Positions 40,037 through 49,828 of a stretch of 64,000 nt of DNA are shown here, piece after piece. A program made the position numbers and the translations under genes. Under the pieces are notes generated by a model, which saw nothing but the letters and a program-made list of their open reading frames with translations, was not told the origin of the DNA and did not search any database. This DNA comes from Bacteroidota bacterium (GTDB lineage: Bacteria > Bacteroidota > Bacteroidia > Bacteroidales > VadinHA17): positions 64,509 to 128,508 of the forward strand of contig DRFJ01000050.1 of assembly GCA_011050615.1 (NCBI GenBank). Reading direction: 5' to 3'. Each line of letters opens with the position of its first letter. Positions within the stretch are counted from its first letter, which is position 1.

Positions 40037-41266
40037 CTATAAATATTCTTCCCAGCCGAGGTCAGGTCCGGTAAAGGGGGCAATGGCCCTCCTGTATATA
40101 CCCTGCACCCATGCTATGGTCATCCCGTAGTTGGTCACGGGTATGCCTGCTTCTATTGCCGGCCTGAGCCTGTTATGCAGTTGTTTACGCGTTATCATGC
40201 ATCCTCCGCATTGTATGACCAGTGAATAATCTGTCACCGGTCTTTTGGATGCGTCAAGTCCTGCCACAACATCAAAATGCAGTTTTTTTCCTGTGAAAGC
40301 ACTTAGCCACCTGGGTATTTTAATTCTGCCAATATCATCACATGACACATGATGAGTGCATGACTCAAGGAGCAATACACGGTCCCCGTCTTTGAGGTCT
40401 GAAATTTTTGGTGTGCCCCTCAGGTAACTGCCAAAATCACCTTTCAGCCTTGCAAGGACTATGCTGAAACTGGTAAGGGGTATATCCTGTGGTACTGAAG
40501 CATCAGCCTTAACAAATATTTGTGAGTCAGTTACCGCAAGTGCAGGTTTAACAGCAGATCTTTTCAGGAAGGTGTCTATTTCCCTCTCCTTTAAGACTAT
40601 TGCAATGGCATCATTATCGATAATATCCCTGATAGTCTGAACCTGGGGAAGGATAAGCCTGCCTTCCGGGGCTTCAGCGTCAATTGGAGTTATCAGGAGC
40701 ACCATATCACCTTGCTTAAGAAGATCACCCAGTAAAGTTGGTGCTTTAAGTGCATGTTCTGGTATAGTGTACTTTATCAGCTTAATAAGCTTTTCGTAAT
40801 TATCTTTTGTCACTGCAGAAAAACTTATCAGCTCTTTACCCGTTATATTTTTTACCTTTTCTATAAAGCCTGCCGAGGGTGCTTCAATATCTGATTTGGT
40901 TTGGACAATAATATAGGGGGTATCTGTATTCCTGAAGCTGTTTATAATCATTTCTTCATACTCATCCCACAAATTATTGTTAAGCAAAAGTATTCCGAGG
41001 TCGATTATTTCCAGTACTTTAAGTGATCTTTCCACACGTTTGGATCCCAGCTCTCCAATATCGTCTATACCTGCAGTATCAATAAGTATCACCGGGCCGA
41101 AACCGCTTATTTCAAATGATTTTTTTACCGGGTCGGTGGTGGTACCGGCCTGTTCAGAGACAATAGCTATTTCCTGCCCGGCCAGTGCATTTATAAGGCT
41201 GCTCTTGCCGTTATTCCTCCTTCCGAAAATACCAATATGGGGTGTGCTTTCCCTGCCTTTATTCAT
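40037..41266 (-). CDS. hydF: [FeFe]-hydrogenase H-cluster maturation GTPase
   Basis: GRRNNGKSS, GTTTDPV, DTAG, APEGRLILPQVQ, ESCTHH...QCGGCM, TNYG. Confidence 0.95.
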   Translation of the reverse strand: MNKGRESTPHIGIFGRRNNGKSSLINALAGQEIAIVSEQAGTTTDPVKKSFEISGFGPVILIDTAGIDDIGELGSKRVERSLKVLEIIDLGILLLNNNLWDEYEEMIINSFRNTDTPYIIVQTKSDIEAPSAGFIEKVKNITGKELISFSAVTKDNYEKLIKLIKYTIPEHALKAPTLLGDLLKQGDMVLLITPIDAEAPEGRLILPQVQTIRDIIDNDAIAIVLKEREIDTFLKRSAVKPALAVTDSQIFVKADASVPQDIPLTSFSIVLARLKGDFGSYLRGTPKISDLKDGDRVLLLESCTHHVSCDDIGRIKIPRWLSAFTGKKLHFDVVAGLDASKRPVTDYSLVIQCGGCMITRKQLHNRLRPAIEAGIPVTNYGMTIAWVQGIYRRAIAPFTGPDLGWEEYL

Positions 41267-41281
41267 AGTAGACGCAAATTA

Positions 41282-42733
41282 TTAGTAATTATGGCTGCTT
41301 ATATCGTCAAGGGAAAATCCCATTTTGAGCAGGTTGGCAGGTTTAAGTATATCATCCAGTTTTTTACTTTCGAAGTATCCTGTCTGTTCACACGCCTTAA
41401 AAATATCAGTATTTTTTTCTTTCATGTACAGTGCAATCTCAGTAGCCTTATTATAACCTATATAAGGAATTAAGGCGGTACTTATGACCGGGCTCTTAAC
41501 CAGGATCTCGTAGGCTGCCTTCCTGTTAACCTTAAGATCATAAATAAGGTTCATCGACAGGCTCTTATTTGCATTTATTAGCATTTTGAGGCTTTCAATA
41601 ATACTATGACCTATGACTGGCAGGTATGCGTTAAGATCGAGGCAGCCCTGCCCGCACAGGTTAGCCAGAAGCATATCATTGGAATAGATCTTATGAGCAG
41701 TACTTATTACAAATTCGGGTATCACCGGGTTAATCTTCCCTGGCATTACAGAGCTGCCCTTCTGTCGCTCCGGTATACTTATAAGGCCTGACCTGCTTAT
41801 GTCAGATGCCATAAGCCTTATATCCGATGCTATTTTTTCAAGGTTTACGGCATGGGATTTAAGAGTGGCGTGTATTTCAACCCACCTGTCAAGGTTTGAT
41901 GTTGCATCATTTAGATTTTCGCTTCGGGTAAGTGGTAGTGAAGTAAGATGTCTAAGTTCCGGTACTACTTCTATTATAAAGAACCGTGGTGTTGCAAGTC
42001 CGGTTCCTGTTGCTCCCCCACCGAGATTTACAACCTTAATTCTTTCCTTGCATTTTGAAACCCTCCACCAGTCGCGTGATAAGGCATCATTATATGCGCT
42101 GAACAGCCTGCCGAAAGATGAAGGAACGGCTTCCTGCATCTGTGTATAGGCGGGACGCAGGTGTTCCCGGTATCTTGTTTCCAGTGTTTCTATATTTTTC
42201 CTGAGTGAATTTATTGCTTCCTCGAGTTCTTCAAGAAGCTTCATAGAAGCAATGGTAAGGGCCGTGGGAATGACGTCATTTGTAGACTGGTAAACATTGG
42301 CATGCTCGATAGGATCTATAAACTTATAATCACCTGCATTGTTCCCGCTGTTTATAAGTGCTGCATTTGTGATTATCTCATTTATATTCATATTTATGCT
42401 TGTGCCGGCACCACCCTGGATGGCTGGTACGATAAAATGACTGAAATACAGTCCGTCAGATACTTCGACCGCAGCATTTTCGAGTGCATCGATAATTTCC
42501 GGTGGAATAATTTTAAGTGGAGAATCCCCGTCATATTTCTTTTGTACGGCTTCGGAAAAATGCCTGTACACGCGATAGCAGGCCTGTTTTACCAATCCGG
42601 TTGCCCTGTACCATTCCTTCTGGAAAGGTATATCTCCCGGGAAATTTTCCACTGCCCTTATTGAGTTAATGCCGTAAAGGGCTGCTTCAGGTATTCTTAC
42701 TTCCCCAAGCTTGTCAGATTCAATACGATCCAT
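41282..42733 (-). CDS. aspA: Aspartate ammonia-lyase
   Basis: QGGAGTSINMN, QSTND, TQMQEA, GSSVMPGKINP fumarase/aspartase signature. Confidence 0.88.
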   Translation of the reverse strand: MDRIESDKLGEVRIPEAALYGINSIRAVENFPGDIPFQKEWYRATGLVKQACYRVYRHFSEAVQKKYDGDSPLKIIPPEIIDALENAAVEVSDGLYFSHFIVPAIQGGAGTSINMNINEIITNAALINSGNNAGDYKFIDPIEHANVYQSTNDVIPTALTIASMKLLEELEEAINSLRKNIETLETRYREHLRPAYTQMQEAVPSSFGRLFSAYNDALSRDWWRVSKCKERIKVVNLGGGATGTGLATPRFFIIEVVPELRHLTSLPLTRSENLNDATSNLDRWVEIHATLKSHAVNLEKIASDIRLMASDISRSGLISIPERQKGSSVMPGKINPVIPEFVISTAHKIYSNDMLLANLCGQGCLDLNAYLPVIGHSIIESLKMLINANKSLSMNLIYDLKVNRKAAYEILVKSPVISTALIPYIGYNKATEIALYMKEKNTDIFKACEQTGYFESKKLDDILKPANLLKMGFSLDDISSHNY

Positions 42734-42860
42734 TGGCTTAATTATTTCTCATCCACAAATTTAGTCAAAAAAAGCGGCCCGGTCATTCTTAAGCCAGTAC
42801 AAAATCTCCTTTATCTGTATAATCTGCATAAATCAAAGTAACTCAGCGCAATATGTATCC

Positions 42861-44153
42861 TCAGTTACCGAACCTCGGGTTTACAACATTATTGTATATT
42901 GAACCGAAAGAATAAGTAAGTCCCAGTTCAAATGAGTAGGAATAACTTGTTTTGAGTACCCTCTGTCGTGTAAGGACTTCCTGTTCGGTGGCATCACCCT
43001 TGACCAGGTTGCGCTGATCGTGTATCAGGTTTGCCCTGCTCTGGACATTAACAGACAGGCCTTTATATATCCTGTAATAAATACTGGCCCTCAGCCCGAG
43101 ATTATTTTCGGAAAAATCATGGAGGTAGTTTGACCATGTCATTGATGCCCACCCGGAACCCCAGGGCTGGTTAAAGCCAAGAGAAGTGCTGAGATAATGA
43201 CTCAGCAGGAATTCACTTGTTTTAAAGTAGGTAGTTGTATCGTTGTAATTATTGTATTTGGCATTAAGTCCGTACTGTATCCTGAACTGTCTTTTAAACG
43301 ACTCTTCATACGGGAAGAGGTTATATTCAATAGCCGGCCCCACGTTTGTTGCAAGCTTATAATTGTTATAAGTGTCACTTTCTATTGATACACGTCCTCC
43401 GGCCGACCACTTATACCCCAGGCTTTTCACCAGTAGAGATTGTATGCTCCAGTTTTCCCGGTATGATTTGCTTCTGGTGCTTGTATAATAGGTCTGCCTG
43501 TTTGAATACCTCAGGTCAAATTCCATTTTAAGATCCGGAGTTACCCTGTCAGCAGACAGTGAGGAGCTGGCCCTTGATGTTTCATAGTTTTCATCTTTTT
43601 GAAACTCCCCTGAACCACTGAGCCTGAATATCCAGCTCTTCCATGGATCATCCTGAAAAGAGCTTTGAATTCCTCTGTTACCATCACTACCCGTACCATC
43701 ATCTTCATAGCTGATTCTTATATTTTTACTCATCGGAGTACGGGCCACATATTTCATGAGCCCCATGGCTAAGACATTTGCCCTGGCCTTCCTGGTCTCA
43801 TCTGCAGTCTGGTCAATGGGTGAGAAGAAAATCATTTCTTCCTGAATATCCAGGAATTCACCCTGTCCGATAAAGTCGATAATATATTCACCTCCTCCGC
43901 CTCCTGTAACTCTTCTTCGCACAAGGATATGTACGTCGGCTTCATCCTTATTATTAACATAATTAACAAAGGGGATTGTCTGCTTGATATAATTCCTGTC
44001 GCACCACCGGCAGTCTAAAAATATGTTCAGGGCCTCGTGGCGGAGACTTGTGTTTTTAGTATTTTCCTCCTTCACGCCGGCACCTTTAATATCCTGTGCA
44101 AGGGAGACATAACTTACTGCCAGTAAAAGGAATATGGTAAAATATCTTTTCAT
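42861..44153 (-). CDS. Uncharacterised outer-membrane beta-barrel protein with N-terminal CxxC domain
   Basis: Signal peptide ending SLA-Q; FLDCRWCD; amphipathic aromatic-rich strands; TAGCTTTG -7 box upstream. Confidence 0.6.
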   Translation of the reverse strand: MKRYFTIFLLLAVSYVSLAQDIKGAGVKEENTKNTSLRHEALNIFLDCRWCDRNYIKQTIPFVNYVNNKDEADVHILVRRRVTGGGGGEYIIDFIGQGEFLDIQEEMIFFSPIDQTADETRKARANVLAMGLMKYVARTPMSKNIRISYEDDGTGSDGNRGIQSSFQDDPWKSWIFRLSGSGEFQKDENYETSRASSSLSADRVTPDLKMEFDLRYSNRQTYYTSTRSKSYRENWSIQSLLVKSLGYKWSAGGRVSIESDTYNNYKLATNVGPAIEYNLFPYEESFKRQFRIQYGLNAKYNNYNDTTTYFKTSEFLLSHYLSTSLGFNQPWGSGWASMTWSNYLHDFSENNLGLRASIYYRIYKGLSVNVQSRANLIHDQRNLVKGDATEQEVLTRQRVLKTSYSYSFELGLTYSFGSIYNNVVNPRFGN

Positions 44154-44254
44154 GTCATTATAAGTGTAAAAAAGTGAATTACAAAGCTATCCAAATACCC
44201 ACTTATTAATGAAGCATGGCTGTTAAAAAAAGTTAAGCAGATAATCCGGTGGTA

Positions 44255-45427
44255 TTATTTATTACCGGAGATGGGATGTGCATAAGCAACCACATCCCTG
44301 CCTGTAATTTTTTCGGGGCAAAGTATTATCAGGCGTTCAAGCACATTTCGGAATTCCCTGATATTGCCGGTCCATTCTATCTTTTTTAACTCCCTGATGG
44401 CAGAATCTTCAATAGTCCTGAGACTTATTCCGTATTCATGACAGATAAGATGGTTAAAATGTTCAGTCAGAAGGGGTATGTCGTCAATCCTTTCATTTAG
44501 TTTCGGGACATCTATTAATATAACACTCAGGCGATGGTACAGATCCTCCCTGAAGTTGTTTTTATCGATTTCCTCACTTATATTTTTATTTGTTGCGGCA
44601 ATGACCCTGACATCAACCTTAATGTCTTTATCTGAGCCAACACGGGATATCTTGTTTTCCTGCAGTGCTCTCAGGACTTTTGCCTGTGCAGTGAGGCTCA
44701 TATCTCCAATTTCATCGAGAAAGATAGTTCCCCCGTTTGCCTGTTCAAATTTCCCTATCCTCTGTTTATGGGCAGAGGTAAAAGAACCTTTCTCATGTCC
44801 GAAAAGTTCACTTTCGATAAGCTCTGAAGGTATGGCAGCGCAGTTCACCTCAACGAATGGACCTTTGGACCTGCTGCTTTTTTCATGTATCTGGTGAGCC
44901 ACAAGTTCCTTCCCCGTTCCGCTGGCCCCTGTTATCAGAACCCTGGCCTCTGTGGGGGCTATCCTGTCGATCATTTCTTTTACCCTGACTATTTTTTCTG
45001 ATTCGCCTACAATCTCAAACCTTTTGCTTACCTGTTTCTTCAGAGTCCTGGTCTGTGTTATCAGCGTTGATTTGTCCATGGCATTTCTCATGGTAATTAA
45101 AAGCCTGTTCAGGTCAAGTGGTTTTTCCAGGAAGTCAAAAGCTCCTTTTTTAATTGCTTCAACGGCTGTATCAATATTTCCATGCCCTGATATCATTATC
45201 ACCGGGATGTCATCAGATACATCCTGGATTTTCTCAAGAACTTCTATTCCATCCATTTTGTCCATCTTGATGTCGCACAGGATAACATCATAGTCGTTCT
45301 CTCCGAAAAGCTCCAGACCGCTGATCCCGTTTTCGGCAAGGTCAACTTCATGCTTCTCGTACTCAAGTACCTCTTTCAGGGTATTCCTTATTGCTTTTTC
45401 ATCGTCTATTACCAGTACCTTGGCCAT
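44255..45427 (-). CDS. Sigma54-interacting response regulator (NtrX/NtrC-like, no C-terminal HTH)
   Basis: REC domain (IDDE, CDIKM, KP), GASGTGKE, ESELFGHEKGSFTSA, FLDEIGD, WTGNIRE; ends right after the AAA domain. Confidence 0.92.
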   Translation of the reverse strand: MAKVLVIDDEKAIRNTLKEVLEYEKHEVDLAENGISGLELFGENDYDVILCDIKMDKMDGIEVLEKIQDVSDDIPVIMISGHGNIDTAVEAIKKGAFDFLEKPLDLNRLLITMRNAMDKSTLITQTRTLKKQVSKRFEIVGESEKIVRVKEMIDRIAPTEARVLITGASGTGKELVAHQIHEKSSRSKGPFVEVNCAAIPSELIESELFGHEKGSFTSAHKQRIGKFEQANGGTIFLDEIGDMSLTAQAKVLRALQENKISRVGSDKDIKVDVRVIAATNKNISEEIDKNNFREDLYHRLSVILIDVPKLNERIDDIPLLTEHFNHLICHEYGISLRTIEDSAIRELKKIEWTGNIREFRNVLERLIILCPEKITGRDVVAYAHPISGNK

Positions 45428-45430
45428 TAT

Positions 45431-45491
45431 AGTTTAGAAGTTTGGAGGTTCAGGGTTTTTTAAGGTGTTGTTGAATTATTGAATCGTTTAA
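45431..45491. repeat. Two blocks of degenerate 8-nt tandem repeats
   Basis: AGTTTAGA AGTTTGGA GGTTCAGG ... TTGTTGAA TTATTGAA TCGTTTAA. Confidence 0.5.
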
Positions 45492-45498
45492 TCTCGCC

Positions 45499-46863
45499 TC
45501 ACCCTTTATATCTTATCCATTTCCACATTTCCTTATATGTAACTTTCTTACCGTACATTAGTATTCCAATCCTGTATATTCTTGCGGCCAGGTATACAAA
45601 AGCTACAAATGTTGCTATAAGGACTGCTATTGAGACTACCACCTCCCAGACCGGAACCTCAAAGGGCAAGCGTGCCATCATCACTATGGGAGAGGTGAAG
45701 GGTATCATTGAAAACCAGAAGGACAGTGAACTCTCCGGATTTTCCATGGTCCCAATAGCCACAAAAAGTGCAAGAATTATGGGTAGCATTATTGGGAACA
45801 TGAATTGCTGCGTATCAGTATCTGTATCCACGGCTGAGCCTATGGCGGCAAAAACAGAAGCATAAAGCAGGTAGCCGAATATGAAATAGAAGAAAAACGA
45901 AGTGAGGATAAACGGCCAGTTTACATTCATCAGGTTATTGAAGATCTTTGCAAATTCCTGTTCCTGTGCTGAAAGGTCCGCGGACTGCATGAAAGCTTCA
46001 TTATCCATGCCTGCCCGTGCCTGGTTCATTACACTCTGGGAAATCTGTTCGCTCATTGCCTTCGGATTATCCGGAAGGACTTTTGACTGTATAACTGTAA
46101 GTATACCAAATGACAGGATGATCCATATCGAGAACTGGGTAAGTCCTACCAGCGCTATCCCGATGATTTTTCCCATCATGAGCTCGACAGGTTTAACCGA
46201 TGATATTATTACTTCAACGATACGGTTGTTCTTCTCTTCAAAGACACCTCTCATAACCTGTACTCCGAACATGATTACTACCATGTACATTAAGAATGCT
46301 CCTATATAAGCCAGCACCATGGATATTCCCGTGCTTGTTTCTTTAGTTTCCCCGGCATCATCGATCCTGATTGTCTGCACCGCAACGTTAGTCTGGACAC
46401 TTTTCAGGATTTCATCCAGATTCTCTATATTGTAGGCAAGCAGTTTCTTATTTTCAATATCCTGTTCGAGCATTCTTTCGATGTACTGGAGCAGGTCCAT
46501 GGGTGGTTGTTTCTTTGATATCAGCTGTACAGCCTGAGGTACATTTGTCACCACGGGTGATATATATAGTATACCGTAGTAACCTGCTTCTTCGAATGTT
46601 CCTTTCAGCTGATTAATATCTGCATTGTCAATGTATTCAAAATCAACATCGTCCCTGTCCTTTAGCACTCCTTTGAAGAGGTCACTGCCGTCTTCTATAA
46701 CTGCTATTTTTTTAAATTCTTTATCCTGGTTGCCCATTATCAATACAGGTACCAGAAAAAGAGCAACAAAAATCAGGGGGGTAAGGACAGTCATTAATAT
46801 GAATGATTTCTTCTTAACCCTTGAGGTGTATTCTCTTGTTATTATGGTTGATATGTTTCCCAT
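45499..46863 (-). CDS. ABC-2 transporter permease (NatB/YhaP-like)
   Basis: REY..RVKKKSF, EEKNNRIVEVIISSVKP.ELMMGKI, IPFTSPIVM. Confidence 0.9.
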   Translation of the reverse strand: MGNISTIITREYTSRVKKKSFILMTVLTPLIFVALFLVPVLIMGNQDKEFKKIAVIEDGSDLFKGVLKDRDDVDFEYIDNADINQLKGTFEEAGYYGILYISPVVTNVPQAVQLISKKQPPMDLLQYIERMLEQDIENKKLLAYNIENLDEILKSVQTNVAVQTIRIDDAGETKETSTGISMVLAYIGAFLMYMVVIMFGVQVMRGVFEEKNNRIVEVIISSVKPVELMMGKIIGIALVGLTQFSIWIILSFGILTVIQSKVLPDNPKAMSEQISQSVMNQARAGMDNEAFMQSADLSAQEQEFAKIFNNLMNVNWPFILTSFFFYFIFGYLLYASVFAAIGSAVDTDTDTQQFMFPIMLPIILALFVAIGTMENPESSLSFWFSMIPFTSPIVMMARLPFEVPVWEVVVSIAVLIATFVAFVYLAARIYRIGILMYGKKVTYKEMWKWIRYKG

Positions 46864-46880
46864 GATTTTGAATGTTTGGG

Positions 46881-47795
46881 TCAGTTGTTTTTATTAGCTT
46901 CAACTACACGTATGAATATTTCGTTCATTGAAGGAAGGGTAGGATTAAAAGACAGCACCCTTCCCTTATCGGTCATATCCCTGATAATATTGTTAATATC
47001 AATATCACCTGGTGTTTTAAGCCTTACAGTGGTTCTGCCATTATTACTTTCACTTTTAAGAACTTCGTAATGGCTGTTTCCCAATATGTTGGCTTCGCCC
47101 CTGAATACCACATCGTATTCATTTGCAGCCCATTCTTCCCGTATTTTTGAAACACTGCCCTCGAGTATCGACTTTGACCTGTCAATCAGGGTAATATTAT
47201 CGCACATTTCTTCTACAGAGCCCATATTATGTGTAGAGAAGATAACAGTAGCTCCCTTTTCCCGGAGTTTAAGTATTTCATCCTTCAGAATACTTGCATT
47301 AATAGGGTCGAAACCACTGAAGGGCTCATCAAAGATTAGCAGCCTGGGTTCATGAAGAACCGTGGTGACAAACTGAACCTTCTGCTGCATTCCCTTAGAT
47401 AGTTCCTCCACTTTTTTGTCCCACCAGGCAATTATTTCGAGTCTGGTAAACCAGTCTTTGAGTTTGACCATTGCTTCACTCTTACTCAGTCCCTTCAGGC
47501 GGGCCAGGTAGAGAGCCTGTTCTCCTACTTTCATCTTTTTATAGAGGCCTCTTTCTTCCGGAAGATATCCTATATTAGCGAGGTCATTCCTTGTAATCTT
47601 GTGACCGTCAAGCAATACCGTTCCGCTGTCGGGAGCAGTAATCTGGTTGATTATCCTGAGCAGGGTGGTCTTTCCTGCTCCGTTGGGTCCCAGGAGTCCG
47701 TAAATGGACTGACTTGGCACTATCATACTCAGATTATCCAGTGCCAGGTGGTTTCTGTACTGTTTAATTACATTTTCAGCCTGCAGAAGTGACAT
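46881..47795 (-). CDS. ABC transporter ATP-binding protein (YhaQ-like, DUF4162)
   Basis: GPNGAGKTT, LSKGMQQK, FDEPFSG, STH. Confidence 0.93.
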   Translation of the reverse strand: MSLLQAENVIKQYRNHLALDNLSMIVPSQSIYGLLGPNGAGKTTLLRIINQITAPDSGTVLLDGHKITRNDLANIGYLPEERGLYKKMKVGEQALYLARLKGLSKSEAMVKLKDWFTRLEIIAWWDKKVEELSKGMQQKVQFVTTVLHEPRLLIFDEPFSGFDPINASILKDEILKLREKGATVIFSTHNMGSVEEMCDNITLIDRSKSILEGSVSKIREEWAANEYDVVFRGEANILGNSHYEVLKSESNNGRTTVRLKTPGDIDINNIIRDMTDKGRVLSFNPTLPSMNEIFIRVVEANKNN

Positions 47796-47848
47796 TTGTT
47801 TTATTTTAACGCGTTAAATATTGAGTGTGTAAATATATAAAACAATTG

Positions 47849-49003
47849 TTATTCAAAGTATGATTTCATACGTTCGAAGAATCCCCTGCTATCTTTTCCC
47901 GGTTGCGGGGTAAACGATTCTGAGTTGCTCATTTTCTCAATTATTTTCTGTTCTTCGGCGCTTATCTTTTTAGGTATCCATACATTGACATTGACAAGAA
48001 GATCCCCTTTACCATATCCGTTTACTTCAGGGAGGCCTTTACCCCTGAGCCTTAATATCTTACCCGGCTGGGTACCCTGTTCTATCTTAATTTTAACCTT
48101 GCTTTCAACAGTTGGTATTTCAACATTGGTACCCAGTATTGCCTCGGGTACACTTATATAGAGGTTATAAATAAGGTCTTTGCCTTCCCTGTAAAGATCG
48201 GGGTGTTCTTCCTCGTCAATCATAACAAGCAGATCCCCGGGCACTCCTCCGCGTCTTGCTGCATTTCCTTTGCCACTGACAGTCATCTGCATCCCTTTGC
48301 CCACACCTGCTGGAATATTGATCTTGATTATTTCCTGGTCTTTGATTATTCCTTCACCAAAGCATTTACTGCACTTTTTTATAATGATCTTACCTTCCCC
48401 TCCGCAGGTCGGGCAGCTTGAAGTACTCTGCATCTGCCCCAGCAATGTATTGGTTACCCTGGTTACGTGCCCTGAACCCCGGCATGTATCGCAGGTGGCG
48501 TAACTGTTACTGTCGGCAGCACCTGAGCCTCCACAGTCAGAACAGCTAACATATTTGTTCACCTTTATTTTTTTCTCGGTACCATTAGCTATTTCTTTCA
48601 GGTTCAGTTTTACCTTAAGCCTGAGGTTTGAACCCCTGTTCACTCTCTGTCGTCTTCTTCCGCCGCCACCAAAGCCACCAAAGCCACCGAAGTCCCCGAA
48701 AGCGTCACCGAAGATATCACCGAAGGAAGAAAATATATCTTCCATGGTCATGCCACCACTGCCAAAACCGTTTTGACCGCCAAGGCCGGCATGACCATAC
48801 CTGTCATAACGTGCCCTCTTATCATCATCACGTAAAACTTCGTATGCCTCGGCTGCCTCCTTGAATTTATTCTCCGCTTCCTTATTACCCGGATTTTTAT
48901 CGGGATGATATTTCAGAGCTTTCTGCCGGTAAGCTTTCTTTATCTCTTCTTTTGTTGCATTCCTGGATACACCCAGTACTTCGTAATAATCTCTTTTACT
49001 CAT
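47849..49003 (-). CDS. dnaJ: Chaperone DnaJ
   Basis: J domain with HPD, G/F region, four CxxCxGxG repeats. Confidence 0.98.
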   Translation of the reverse strand: MSKRDYYEVLGVSRNATKEEIKKAYRQKALKYHPDKNPGNKEAENKFKEAAEAYEVLRDDDKRARYDRYGHAGLGGQNGFGSGGMTMEDIFSSFGDIFGDAFGDFGGFGGFGGGGRRRQRVNRGSNLRLKVKLNLKEIANGTEKKIKVNKYVSCSDCGGSGAADSNSYATCDTCRGSGHVTRVTNTLLGQMQSTSSCPTCGGEGKIIIKKCSKCFGEGIIKDQEIIKINIPAGVGKGMQMTVSGKGNAARRGGVPGDLLVMIDEEEHPDLYREGKDLIYNLYISVPEAILGTNVEIPTVESKVKIKIEQGTQPGKILRLRGKGLPEVNGYGKGDLLVNVNVWIPKKISAEEQKIIEKMSNSESFTPQPGKDSRGFFERMKSYFE

Positions 49004-49014
49004 CCTCTCTGTTA

Positions 49015-49671
49015 TTATTCTCCCACTACTACTTTAGAGTAACGTATGATCTTATCATTCAAATAATAGCCTTTTTGAATCACATCTACAATCTTTCCTT
49101 TTTTCTTCTTTTCAGAGGCTGGAATCTTAGTTACTGCCTCGTGCAAATCGGTATCAAAATCTTTATCCATAGCTTCTATTTCCTTTACACCATTCTGTTT
49201 GAGGAAATCCTTCATCTTGCCGTAAATGAGGTTTATCCCTTCCTTCATTGCCTTACAGTCTGATACATTTTCCATCAGGCTCATAGCCCTGTCAAAATCA
49301 TCCATTACAGGCAGGAGCTTAACCAGGATGCTTTCACCCGCTGATTTTGTAAGTTCTATTCTCTCTCTTAATGTTCTTTTGCGGTAATTATCAAATTCAG
49401 CAGACAGGCGCAGATATTTATCCTGCAATTCTGCCAGTTTTGCCTCAAGATTTTCCCCGCTTTTTTCACTCTTGTCAGCTACCTCTTCTTTTTCAAGCTC
49501 TGCAGCCTCCTGGCTGCTTTCTCTTTCATTTGATTCCTTTTCCCTTTCCCCAACAGGCTCCTCTTCTGCCTGTCTTATATCAGGCCGTGCTTTATTATCT
49601 TCTTTAACAGTCTGTTGGGCCTCAGATTGCCTGTCCTTTTCTTCCTTTTTACCGCTGTTCTTCTTGACCAT
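49015..49671 (-). CDS. grpE: Nucleotide exchange factor GrpE
   Basis: [46 protein letters not shown]. Confidence 0.97.
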   Translation of the reverse strand: MVKKNSGKKEEKDRQSEAQQTVKEDNKARPDIRQAEEEPVGEREKESNERESSQEAAELEKEEVADKSEKSGENLEAKLAELQDKYLRLSAEFDNYRKRTLRERIELTKSAGESILVKLLPVMDDFDRAMSLMENVSDCKAMKEGINLIYGKMKDFLKQNGVKEIEAMDKDFDTDLHEAVTKIPASEKKKKGKIVDVIQKGYYLNDKIIRYSKVVVGE

Positions 49672-49706
49672 ATGTTTTCATTTTTCAGTTAATCATAAGT
49701 GGGAAC

Positions 49707-49722
49707 AGCAAATAACCTGCCA
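49707..49722 (-). promoter_or_regulatory. Putative sigma54 -24/-12 promoter of grpE-dnaJ
   Basis: Minus strand TGGCAGGTTATTTGCT (GG-N10-GC), about 35 nt upstream of the grpE ATG. Confidence 0.6.
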
Positions 49723-49828
49723 TATGACTTGTGGGGACAAAATGTCATGAAGTGTTGCCAATCTATGAATTAATTGTAGTTATTTAATTTTGTACGAGTC
49801 TAATATATAAAAATGTGTGCCAAAGATC

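Noticed and set aside
48655-48700. Tandem CCAAAGCCA repeats
   Set aside because: They encode the normal Gly/Phe-rich linker of DnaJ.
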